Under the pieces are notes generated by a model. That model did not search any database. It was not told the origin of the DNA and saw only the letters and a list, made by a program, of their open reading frames with translations. From assembly GCA_965235115.1 (NCBI GenBank), contig OZ249436.1, positions 18,788,001 through 18,852,000 of the forward strand: 64,000 bases of DNA, given 5' to 3'. Of the stretch, positions 1 to 23,216 are shown piece after piece; the stretch's first letter is position 1; every line of letters begins with the position of its first letter. Source of the stretch: Laetmonice hystrix (Eukaryota). Both the position numbers and the translations under genes were made by a program.

Positions 1-90
1 ACCTCAGGCGGGACCCTCCCACACTGACAGTCACAACAAACGGGGTAAGTCAACCTCAGGCGGGACCCTCCCACACTGACAGTCACAACA
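1..90. repeat. 52-bp tandem repeat (tail of an array cut by the window edge) containing a GG|GTAAGT donor
   Basis: acctcaggcgggaccctcccacactgacagtcacaaca at 1 and 53; GTAAGT at 45-50. Confidence 0.7.
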
Positions 91-126
91 CAGCTGTGGC
101 TTTCTCTCCTATATATTTTATTTCAG

Positions 127-706
127 ACCCACCCCGAACGATTCCAGACGAATGTTTGAAACCCAAGGCAGTCTGAGGGAAGCCATCAGTGATCACGTGA
201 TCAGCTCGGAGAGGCAGAGTTTGGGTAAGGCTATAACTTCAGATTCGACACCCCGTAAGATTTTGAGGGTGTGATGGAGTTCTTTCTGGGAGACAAACTG
301 CTGGGGGGGGGGGGGGGGAGGGGGGTGTGAAGATAGCAGAAAATCAAAAAGTTGAGGTTGGGGTACAATTATAATACTGTATCTACTAAATTACGGATAG
401 GCTAACAACTGTCGTTTACATGGACTCCACCAGTTTCAATCACTTTACACGCCCACCACCGCACGGCGCTGCGATCAGTCACCGACTCTGACGTGACTGT
501 CTATGTGTGTGTGTATCTCAGAGTGGCAGCGAGTTGTGGAGCGCCACCTATACAACCTGTCCAAGGAGGAGACAAGCTACTGTTGGCCCAAGGACACCCT
601 CTTCAGGTACTTCCAGGTGATGGAGGCCCTGCAGGAGAACCTCACAGAACGCCAGGAGATCCTAACCCTGGCCAACGAAACGTTGATCCACCTTCACGAC
701 ACGTAG
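127..706 (+). CDS. 3' end (last two coding exons) of an unidentified protein-coding gene that begins left of the window
   Basis: Exon 127-224 (tttcag|...TTGG|gtaagg) splices in frame to exon 522-706 (tctcag|AG TGG...ACG TAG), giving ...PTPNDSRRMFETQGSLREAISDHVISSERQSLEWQRVVERHLYNLSKEETSYCWPKDTLFRYFQVMEALQENLTERQEILTLANETLIHLHDT*; AATAAA at 958-963. Family not recognised. Confidence 0.75.
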
Positions 707-1104
707 GTCAACCTGTACCACGTGTCCAGTTCCTACCCACTCATTGGCTCAGTCCACGTTGTCATGGATACGGGAGACCAAGGAACGCAAGATCATCCTG
801 ACCCTGGCCAACGAAACTTTGATCCACCTCCACGTTAACCTGTAGGCCTATCACGTACGTGTCCCGTTCCTACCCCCTCTTTGGCTCAACCCACATCGTC
901 ATGGTTACGGGGGTCATGGTTACTGTGTATTGTTTTTCTATTTAGAAAACAGCGAGTAATAAATATGTATCAACTTCCGAAGATACCTTCATTTTTACAA
1001 GAAAGGTACACTTAATATCTTATCTCCCTCAGTGCAGGTTTCGAAGTGTCCGATATTAAAACGCTCCCAAGAGAAGAATTTTGTCTTACTGGACTTTCTT
1101 ATAA

Positions 1105-2647
1105 CAGGCCCGTAGCCAGGGGGGGTGCGCAGGGTGCGTACGCACCCCCCCCCCCCCCCGACAGCCCAAGCTCCCCCTAATTTCAAAAGGTCGCAAGCAC
1201 TCGCTGGAGTACCCTGCACCCCCCCCCCCCCCCCCCACCTGCCCAACAGTCCAAGATCTTCCTAACTTCAGTTATTGTATGCTCCAAATTGCACCAGATA
1301 TCACCAAAATACACCTTAAATTCCAAAATTTTCTGGGGGACATGACCCTGGACCCGCCTAACTAGGCTTCGCGCTCTCAGCACTAAAAGTTTGCGGGCTT
1401 CGCACCTTTGGCCTGTGGGGCTTGTGTGCTTCGTGCCTATAGCTATGGGCGCTGGAGGACTGTAGGGGTAGGGGGTAGGGGGATTGCATTCCTGTTATAT
1501 TGACAGCCAAGGCCGTAGCTAGCGGGGGGGGGGGGGGCAGTTTCCCCCTGTAACACCCCCCCCCTCCAGAAAAATGTCATATTATATAGGCCTAATTTGA
1601 CTGCAAACTGGCTGGGATCGTCGGTGGTATCCTCAAAAGTGGCCCAGCAGGCTTTTCATTTCTATCAGAAAAGTGATCTCCAGATGCCGGGAAATAGCGG
1701 GTTTCTTTTGCCTTCCATATTATTTTTTTCCCCAAGGGAGGGCCCCCGGACCCCAAGCCGCAGGAACGGCTCACTCCATCGGCGCTCGCTGAATTTTACC
1801 TTAGCCTACAGCTTTATCTCTGCAGCCCCCCCCCCCCCCCCCCCCCCATATCTTGTCCATTACATTTGTAGGCTATAGTAGGCCTATTCCCATGTAGGGA
1901 GGGATCCAGGTTGGCGCCAAATGGGGGGAGGGGGGGTTGTGAGTGCCAAGAATGGGGGTAGGCCCCCTATGCTTGGTTTGAACCTTTCAAGCAGAAAAAA
2001 AGAAAAATTACGTCATGGCGGGGGGGGGGGGGGCTTGCAACCCCTTCACCACCCACTGGATTGGCCACTGATTCTCATAGGCCTATTGCATATCTAAAGG
2101 ATAAATGCTGCTTGCATGTTCCATTGCGTGCAAAAACGTCTTCAACAGATTTTTAGCTGGCGCATTGCCACAGGCGGATTTAGGGGGAGGGGTGGCAGCA
2201 CACGCCCCTGTTCATTTTAAAAAAGTGTCTTCAGCTATGGGACCTCGGCCTATAACTAAGATAACACCTTGCATTTCGGTCCCAGATGCCAGGGAAACGC
2301 CTATTTAGCACTTTAATTTTCAATTTTTTTAAAAATCCCTCTCCCCCACTCAAGGTTTCGCGTCTTCACCGCTCGCATGGGGGGTGGGGTGGGGGTGGGG
2401 GGCTTCCCCAAATTCATGAATCCGCCCCTGACTGCCCTATAGGCCTACTCAGAAAGTTCGAAGCTGGGTAGGTTATATGGATTATGAACATCTTGCTCCC
2501 TCCCTTTCCCATTGTTTTTGGCGACGTTGGTAAGCACTTTTACCGCCCAAATTAGGCCACCTAGACAACAGAAAACCGACGGCAAAAATACCCCTTCTTT
2601 CCCATAATACGCACCCCCCCCCAAAAAAAATCCTGGCTACGGGCCTG
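1105..2647. mobile_element. Non-autonomous hAT-like DNA transposon with nested MITE fragments
   Basis: TIR CAGGCCCGTAGCCAGG / CCTGGCTACGGGCCTG, flanked by 5-bp direct repeat TATAA (1100-1104, 2648-2652); internal poly-G/C tracts and further CAG-ended fragments (e.g. ~2172-2430). Confidence 0.8.
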
Positions 2648-2753
2648 TATAAACACCCTGTATCCCAGCTAACAGACAGGGTTGGTGAGCGTTTTTGTGA
2701 CCTATCTTGTCAGCTGTCCGCTTGGGATCTTGAAAAGCGCCAGGTTGACTTGG

Positions 2754-3512
2754 GCCTTATCCACTAAGCCGATTTTCCTTGCGACGCCCATGCGATTTTG
2801 ACATCACCCTTTTATTTTACTGTTATTTTGAGATTAAAGGATGGAACCCATTTCCTTAAACAGGGAAGGCCAGCCAGGAAAAATTTCAGCATGAAATTCC
2901 ACCATTAAATCAAAAATCGCATGGCCGTCGCAAGGCGAATAGTAAAATCATTAATATGTGAATGAATTAATTTTGTTCCATGAAGGTTCCTCTCAAGTGC
3001 GTCGTGTGCAGGAAGGCCTGGCGATGTTTTTTTGCTCTTGCGCACGATGAACCCACGACTCATTTGCGTTGTAATTGCGACTGCTTGCGTGGAGCTCACG
3101 ATAAATTCTGCCCGCGCTGAGCGCACGTCAAAATCAAACATGTTTGATATTTTGGCGACCACGGCCTCGCCATGGCTTTTCTCGTTCGTAGATATATAGA
3201 CTTGGTTGTATTTCGATTGTGTATTTCATCCATTTGGAGTCGTATTCGGTCGTATTTAACCTGTATTCCGTAGTATTCCGTAGCATTAATCCTGTATTCG
3301 GTATAGTATTCGGTAGTAAAGAACGTCGTCAACGGTTAGCACAACCTGCGTCGACCGCAGCCAGTAGAACAGATTACAACGGCGCACGATGTACACGCGT
3401 CGGCCGCATGTCGGGTGCAGGATTTCGTTCGCGATCGTCGTGAGTCAGTCGTGCGTCCGTTGTTTGTACATCGTGCGTCCATCGTGCCTCTGACGCAGCC
3501 AGTGGAACAGGG
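2754..3512. mobile_element. Degenerate PIF/Harbinger-like MITE
   Basis: Imperfect TIR GCCTTATCCACT / AGTGGAACAGGGC, plus an internal inverted repeat (ccttgcgacgcccatgcgattttga / tcaaaaatcgcatggccgtcgcaagg). Confidence 0.45.
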
Positions 3513-4613
3513 CTATTAGGCTTTAATCTTGACAACTGAAGCATATCGTTGAATAAACTATGAAGACATGAAGCCTGTACTTTGTTGAAAGTTTTTAAAA
3601 TATGTTTCAGTGGCTCCGCCATGCCTGACGGACTATCAAGGAAAGTTTTGTCCTGTCTGTTTGCTAAAATTTGAGACATGGTCTCTACCATTCACACCAA
3701 CTACAAATATTCACTAAAAATATTCACACGCTAAATTTAACCTCCCATTTTGAGGAGCATGTAAAGATTTAGGCCCAATTTCTCGAACATACTTAAGTAT
3801 AATTAAGTCTGAGTTTCACTCAAATTTACTCAAAAGAACGTTTTTAGCCAATGTGAATCCTCCATTTTCTGAGTTGAGTAAAGTTAAGCGAAACCGGGCC
3901 TTAGATTTTTCCCTGAATGCTAAGGCCATAAATTCAGGCCATATCCTTGTCAAAAGCAGGCGGAACAAATTACTAATTTTTTTTCTCATTGAGCCAATGA
4001 TATAAATAATTTAATGTAAACTTAAATGCACAGTATTTACAATCATGCTAACAGTAATCGGACACTGCATGAGCGTGTTCATGTATTCACATCAAAATAT
4101 CGGCGTTTTTGGATGACGGCGTGCAAAAATGGTCATTACTAAAACCTACTATTGTTTGTGAACATGACAAAGTAAGCAACGATTTTCTCATGTTGATGAT
4201 GATGCTGATGAAATAAGGATGGTCAAAAAATAACTAAAAAGGGGGAAAATACCAATTTTTGTATGAAAGTGTGTTAAGAGGTGAAAATGTCAGTTGGAAT
4301 AAGCAATAATACTGAAGAACAAAATGCAATATCGTCATAAATGTGTGTCACAACTTTGGTTTAAATAATTTGCTGGTAGTATTTTGACAGTCTCAACCTT
4401 TGACTGTGTTGAGCTATCAGTATCACAGTCACACATGCAGCCAGGCATATAGCCTTGATATCTGCCTCGGGTTTAAACGACGGTGTTTCCCCGCCCTACA
4501 TCTCTGATACTGGGGCTTAGTGAACGCCTCTAACATGGCACTCCCACCGCTGTCATACTCGCCCACGTGGCCTCCACTGCATTTGGCGCCGTGCATCGGC
4601 AAACCGCCACCTG

Positions 4614-4750
4614 GCCCCGGTTTCAAGAAAGTGGTTAAGTTAACTAAGTTGGTCAAATTGGTCAAATCTCTGTTTCCTGATTAGTTAACCTCTGGTTAAA
4701 ATTCATCTTAACCAACTTAGTTAACTTAACCACTTTCTTGAAACTGGGGC
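4614..4750. mobile_element. Short palindromic MITE
   Basis: ~40-bp near-perfect TIR gccccggtttcaagaaagtggttaagttaactaagttggt / accaacttagttaacttaaccactttcttgaaactggggc; CTG on both flanks. Confidence 0.8.
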
Positions 4751-4771
4751 CTGGTGGTACGTCCCGACAAG

Positions 4772-4827
4772 TGCGCCACCTAGTGGCCCCAGCTTTAGTA
4801 CTAAGAGCTGCCAGCAGATGGCAGCAC
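4772..4827. promoter_or_regulatory. Pair of divergently oriented CTCF-like motifs
   Basis: Minus-strand CCACTAGGTGGCGC (4772-4788) and plus-strand CCAGCAGATGGCAGCA (4811-4826) match the CCASYAGRKGGCRS core consensus. Confidence 0.45.
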
Positions 4828-4856
4828 TGTGTGTTTCTCCTTGGGGCAGGCCGACC

Positions 4857-17819
<12,963 letters not shown>

Positions 17820-17856
17820 CTCGACCGATGTTGTTTGTCCGTCGTGAAGCGCTTTA

Positions 17857-17866
17857 AAGATGGCGG
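17857..17866 (+). promoter_or_regulatory. YY1-like motif just upstream of the KATNAL2 start codon
   Basis: AAGATGGCGG about 40 bp 5' of the ATG at 17819. Confidence 0.4.
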
Positions 17867-18117
17867 ATATTACCCATATTGCACCGAGTAACAATTAGGT
17901 CTCGCCATGCTTTCTCGAGACCGTTCTTTACCAGGCTAGACCGTTCTTTGATCTGGTTTTGGCGGTTTTTGTTTGTTTGGGGGGGGGGGGGTGAATTACG
18001 GAGGGTACGTATCACTCAGAGAATATTTCTAAAGGGCACCTGCTCAGTGGCGGATTTTTCTTCTTTTTTTTTCTCCTTTTTTTTTTTTTTTTTTTTGGGG
18101 GGGGGGGGGGGGTGTGG

Positions 18118-18250
18118 CTGACTGGTTCCCTGTTCAACTCCTATCGGAGATTGAGACAGGTACACAGCAGCGCGTTAGCCCATTTCATTAGCTTTCATTG
18201 GCCGAAGAGCGACTCTTTTTATCTACGTCTACTGATAGGCGGTGGCGTAG
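18118..18250. mobile_element. Partial copy of the dispersed MITE also at 21277 and 55971
   Basis: ctgactggttccctg.tcaactcctatcggagattgagacaggtacacagcagcgcgttagcc is shared by the three loci. Confidence 0.75.
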
Positions 18251-18677
18251 ACACAAAATTATAATTTGAAGTGCTCTTTTCGTACTCCTGCATTATGCCC
18301 TATGTTTCATTTCATAAGATTCAGTCTCAACGAGAGACAAGCAAAAAGCAAATAGGGACGTCATAACCCCACAAAATTCGTCAAAATCATTACTTTTGAC
18401 ATGCCATATCCAACCTTAATTTGGGCTACAAAATGCACCAAATCTTAACAAATCACACCTTTATTTTCAAAATTTTCCGGGGGAGACATTTAAATTTTAA
18501 AAATCTTTCTTAAAAATAAAAAAGCCACTTGGGGTGAGACAAAAGGGTACTTGGGGTGAGAGGGGTGCGCACCCCCAGAACCCCCCCCCCCCCCCCCCCC
18601 TCTTGATCCGCCACTGTCATACGCAACTTCAACCTGCTGTTTTCTTGGTCCATCGAACGGTTAGATCTAATGCGGTA

Positions 18678-19270
18678 GGGGAAGGTGGGGTAAAATGGCC
18701 TATGCGGGTCATATGGCCCACCCCATTATCTGAGCTGATAGCTGCTGCCATCTAGCGTTGACTATATGTACTGTTAGTCTATGTGATGTACGTCTTGGAA
18801 CAAGCCAGACGACGTCAGTTCATCCAGTGCCCGACAGATGATCGAAGTCAAAAAGTGACGTCTCTGACCTAAGATAGGCCTAAGTATGGCAGACTAGATG
18901 CCATCACTTGTAATCAAGACAGCCTGGAGTGATTGTACCCATTGATAAGTCAGTTTGTGAACTAATTTATAGGATAGATCTACTCTTGTATGACATTGAC
19001 AGAACATGTGAGTTGGCAGGTGGGGCAAGATTAATTTTACCCCATATAGGTGGGCCATTTTGTACAACCCATTGGACAAAATGGCCCACTTTGGCAAAAT
19101 ATTTCTTGGCAGATTTTCCTGGAAATGGCTTGTAGGATTCATGTTCACTTGAACATCTATGTTGCTGCTGATAAGGTCATGTTTCAATTGCATATAGTCG
19201 GCTCCTCTTCGTAGTGCATTAACTTATGTAAAAATCACCCTTAAGGTGGCCATTTTACCCCACCTTCCCC
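18678..19270. mobile_element. Tc1/mariner/pogo-type MITE
   Basis: TIR GGGGAAGGTGGGGTAAAATGGCC / GGCCATTTTACCCCACCTTCCCC with TA flanks. Confidence 0.85.
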
Positions 19271-20650
19271 TACTACCGGTATTTTATTGTCGTAATTAAG
19301 TCCTAATCTCCCTTTGCCTGCTTTTTGGTGTGATTGTGTTTTTTTGTGTGTGCCAATGAGGCAATCGGCGGCCTAGGCTTTGACCATGGAACTGCTTTGA
19401 CCGTGGGACCCGTGGGCCTCATATAGCATGAACCTGTAGGCTACTTGGATATTATTCCTTCATCACTCAGTTCCAGAGGGTTCAACCGACGATAGTAGCG
19501 GAATCTAAATGATGATGTGTAGGCGGATATAGCGTGTATTATAGTTTGGAGAAGCGAGGGTGGTTTTTTTAATGAGACAACCGGTCACGGAATTCTCGGT
19601 GCATTCGTTACCTTGCGATCTATTAGTTAATCTTCTTGGAGATCTTTTCACAATAATTATGTCTGATAGATCTTCTTGGAGCAACAACAGGGCTGCCATT
19701 TTCTCACACAGGGATCCAGGTCGAAGACAAGATCTCACCGTCGAGTCCATCGCAATCTTCTCTGCGAGTGGTGTTTCTAAAGTGGTCGGTAGCGGTAGCG
19801 ACCAGTGACAGCCTGCGAGAGCTTCGTGACACACCTTTCGGGACTTGCGAGGGGTCAGCGATGGTTTTGTTACTTTTGGGGCCTGCGAGCGCTTCAGTCA
19901 GAGAACGGGTCGGCTCGGGTGTGATGATCGACCACGTGCCTGCCAGTGGGTGTGTCAGCTACTGATTAATCGGGCACCCCCTGGTGGTGTCCTTGGGGTA
20001 TGGCACCCATGATGACGTGAGGTATTTACTGTCTTTAAAAGACAGCATTCTAAACATTGAATAAATAGGGATTGGCCGGTTCTTCAACGCTGAGTCAAAT
20101 CTCTAGTGTTATTCAGTGTCATTTTAAAAACAAGGAGTCCCTTTTAATAATACATTTGATTATAAGCCTACACGGTGACGGATAGGGTTAAAAAAGTCAA
20201 CTTCTGCTAAATTAAATAACATGCCCATGTTTAGGGGGCGCAGACGATTAGATATTGGGGGGGGGGGGGGGCTGTTTTTTAAAGAAATATATAATTTCGG
20301 ATAAAAAAAATGGGTAAAATTGGTAAGATATTGACGCTAAATTAAGGGCGGCCCTGCCCCTTGACACCTCCCCCCCCCCCCCCAATCCGCTGACATCATT
20401 CATGGATTCATTACAACATGCCACAACACGCAATCTGTGCTTTCCCCTTCTCTAGCAAGTCCGAGCTGACGTCAAAGGTGACCAGACTGTGTTGTTGATG
20501 ACGCGCAGTTGATGAATCAGTCAACCAGTCTGTCATTTTGTGTCAACAAACGTGGAAGGATCCACGTCCACTCCCACGTACACGTGTTTGTTTACATGCG
20601 GTCAGTCGATGGACTGACGGATAACTGGGGCAAAGGATAACAGGGTCAGT

Positions 20651-20826
20651 GCACATGCGCATAGCACTTGCCTATGCCAAGATGGCGGCAAGTTGTCAAA
20701 CTTGAATGGCAGTCGCCACCGGTTTGAAGGGGAAAGTTTTGCTGCACATGAGAATGATTGGGATATGTACCGCAAATGTGGATTACCTAAGGAATCTTCA
20801 ACATTTATAGTTTCTAGCCGGTAAGT
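20651..20826 (+). promoter_or_regulatory. Probable promoter and non-coding first exon of the OTUD7-like gene
   Basis: NRF1-like GCACATGCGCA (20651-20661), YY1-like AAGATGGCGG (20679-20688), strong donor CCG|GTAAGT at 20820/20821; the ATG-bearing exon at 23176 has an acceptor, so an upstream UTR exon is required. Confidence 0.5.
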
Positions 20827-21276
20827 TATGTGAACGATCAGATGTTGCCATTAAGGTTAAATGAGGTGATGCATGTCGGTGGTCTGACCAGCCAGGGCAG
20901 TGACAGCAAATGCCAGTCCAGTGGCCAGTGCAGCGGTCGGCCTCGGCCCGAGCCTCAGTGAGGCCATCACTGTGACGCAGCGTCAGTGACGACACTGTGA
21001 CTGTGTGATGGCATTGAAAACTTGTTGTAGCAGTAGGGGCAGACTCTGGTCATCTCAGGTCACTAGCAGGGGTGAGTCGCTGGTCCACGACCAGTATTTT
21101 TTTTGGCAGTAACTCAGAATTTACTGGCTAATCGTAGTCGACGTAGACTAAATTATTTTAATAACACAACAGTTGGTCCTGCTCCAGCCTCTTGAGTCTT
21201 GTTTTGAGTCTTGTCTTGGACAAGTTTGGGGCCACTTCCACTGTGACTGGCACTGGTCCAAAACTCCACAATTTCC

Positions 21277-21450
21277 TGACTGGTTCCCTGCTCAACTCCT
21301 ATCGGAGATTGAGACAGGTACACAGCAGCGCGTTAGCCTATTTCATTGGCTGAAGAGCGACTCGCTTCTGATTGGGACACACCGATGCCAAATGTTTTTT
21401 TCAAGGACTACGTCTACTGATTGTGACGTGACAATATCACCATGGTTCCT
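21277..21450. mobile_element. Partial copy of the dispersed MITE also at 18118 and 55971
   Basis: Same ~65-bp core plus the acgtctactgattgtgacg..atatcaccatggttcctaaa tail shared with ~56077-56120. Confidence 0.75.
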
Positions 21451-21698
21451 AAAGCTGGCGCTACACTAGGCGATTCCATTGCGATCACGTTGAGATCACA
21501 CGTTCCCACGGTCGCATCGCATAGTGTAGCAGGCTCCGTCGCCCATCGCAAGGCCGGCGCAAACTCGTTGCGACCGTGGGAACGTGAAATCGCAAAGAAT
21601 GAACATGTTCATTCTTTGCGACGACGGTTGCAGCTGAATCTCACCGTTTTCCTGCTTGCTACAAGTGTAGCCATCGCCGTCGCTCGTCGCAGTGAAAT

Positions 21699-21935
21699 GT
21701 GGTCATTAAACTGCAGCTTATTGTCTAAGACTATACCCAAATATGAGAAGTTATGTACAAATTCTAGCTGCACCCCATTGACATTAATTTTATCAATGGT
21801 AACTCACAGTGATCATGTGCATTCTTACTAAAAAAACATACATTTTGTTTTGTCAAGGTTGACAGTTAATTTGTTGGCATTAAGCCATCTAATCAATTAA
21901 TACTACCAGTGATAGCAGTACTTTAGCACCATCTA
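21699..21935 (-). mobile_element. Fragment of a CR1/L2-clade LINE reverse transcriptase
   Basis: Minus-strand translation gives RWLNANKLTVNLDKTKCMFF and INVNGVQLEFVHNFSYLGIVLDNKLQFNDH, typical post-YADD RT motifs; degenerate. Confidence 0.8.
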
Positions 21936-23216
21936 AAGAGGCTGCTTGGGCTAACCCTAACTTGTATTGAATTAAATTAATGTACATATAATATTATGTA
22001 CTTGCTAGTAATTCGCTCCCAAATAACTAGATTGACAGTTGGATCCCAAATTTCAGTTCCTTAATTTTCTGCTTTAAAGCAGGGAGTACGTTAGCGGTAG
22101 CCACGCTCACAAACGCAGATACTTACAGCCTTTGGCGAGTTCCACTGCCAAAATAAACCACAAAATTCGCCACGCCTGTGATCTACATGGCTTTCACACT
22201 CTGGTGTGAGTTGGTATGTGATATTGAGTGGAGAATGAAATAACACTCTCATGATTTGACCCCTGACAGAGCAACTAAATGGGAATTGGCCTTGTGGTCT
22301 AAACATCATGCAATCGATGACAGCACATTACTTACTGTGCTTACTCACCAGCTGATGAAACAGTGGATGAGTGACACTTCAGTTGGAGGTTTGAGTTGAG
22401 TGGTGGCCTGACTGGCACAGCTGGCAGTCAGCTGTGTGTGTGTCATTGTGTCAGTAGGCCATGCAGCTGACTCACTCCTATGCTCACCTAGGTGAAAACA
22501 ACAACCCTGTTACGGTACATGTATTGTTAGTAGTCCTACTGTCAGAACCTTTCATGGTGAAAGTTCTACTAAAGACAAGTACAGGGTACAATAGTTACTG
22601 GTAAGGTAAATTGGTTGACATACTGGTGAAGGTGTAATAGGTGAGTATCTGATTTAAAATAAATAGTAGTATTGAGTACAAGTTTAAGTTATTTTCACAA
22701 CAAATATTAAAGAGACCTGAGGGTTACAAATATGTGGAGAACATTGTCCTAGATGTCATACATGATAATAATGATTTCATGGACTTGCCATGCCAGTTGG
22801 TTACAGTTTTGCATAAAATAGACTTCTGCAAAATATGCATGAAGTTCAACCGTTTAGTTTAAAATCCAGCAAAATTACACAATATTTAATGAAAAATTGT
22901 TTGGTTTAGAACTATATCTTAGTTAATGAGCACTACTATTGCTAGCCTAACTTAATAAGGGCCAAGTACGGGCAAGTGACATAAATTTGCGGATTAATTT
23001 TAGAGTTTTTAGTTTAAGAATTATCAAATTTTTTCCCCATAATGCTGAGAAATGAAATCTTTTTCATAACTTAATTTTCACATGATGTTATGAAGTGTGC
23101 CCAGTTGCATTTAGTTCGGGACCTAATAATAGACATGGCCGTTTCAATGTTTTATCACATTACGTTTGCTCACAGATCTCAGCGAGAGGCATCAGCCTCC
23201 AGACCAAGCCAATCTC

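Noticed and set aside
300..2620. Many long poly-G/poly-C runs as a G-quadruplex system
   Set aside because: Mostly internal parts of hAT-like MITEs, and homopolymer lengths are error-prone.
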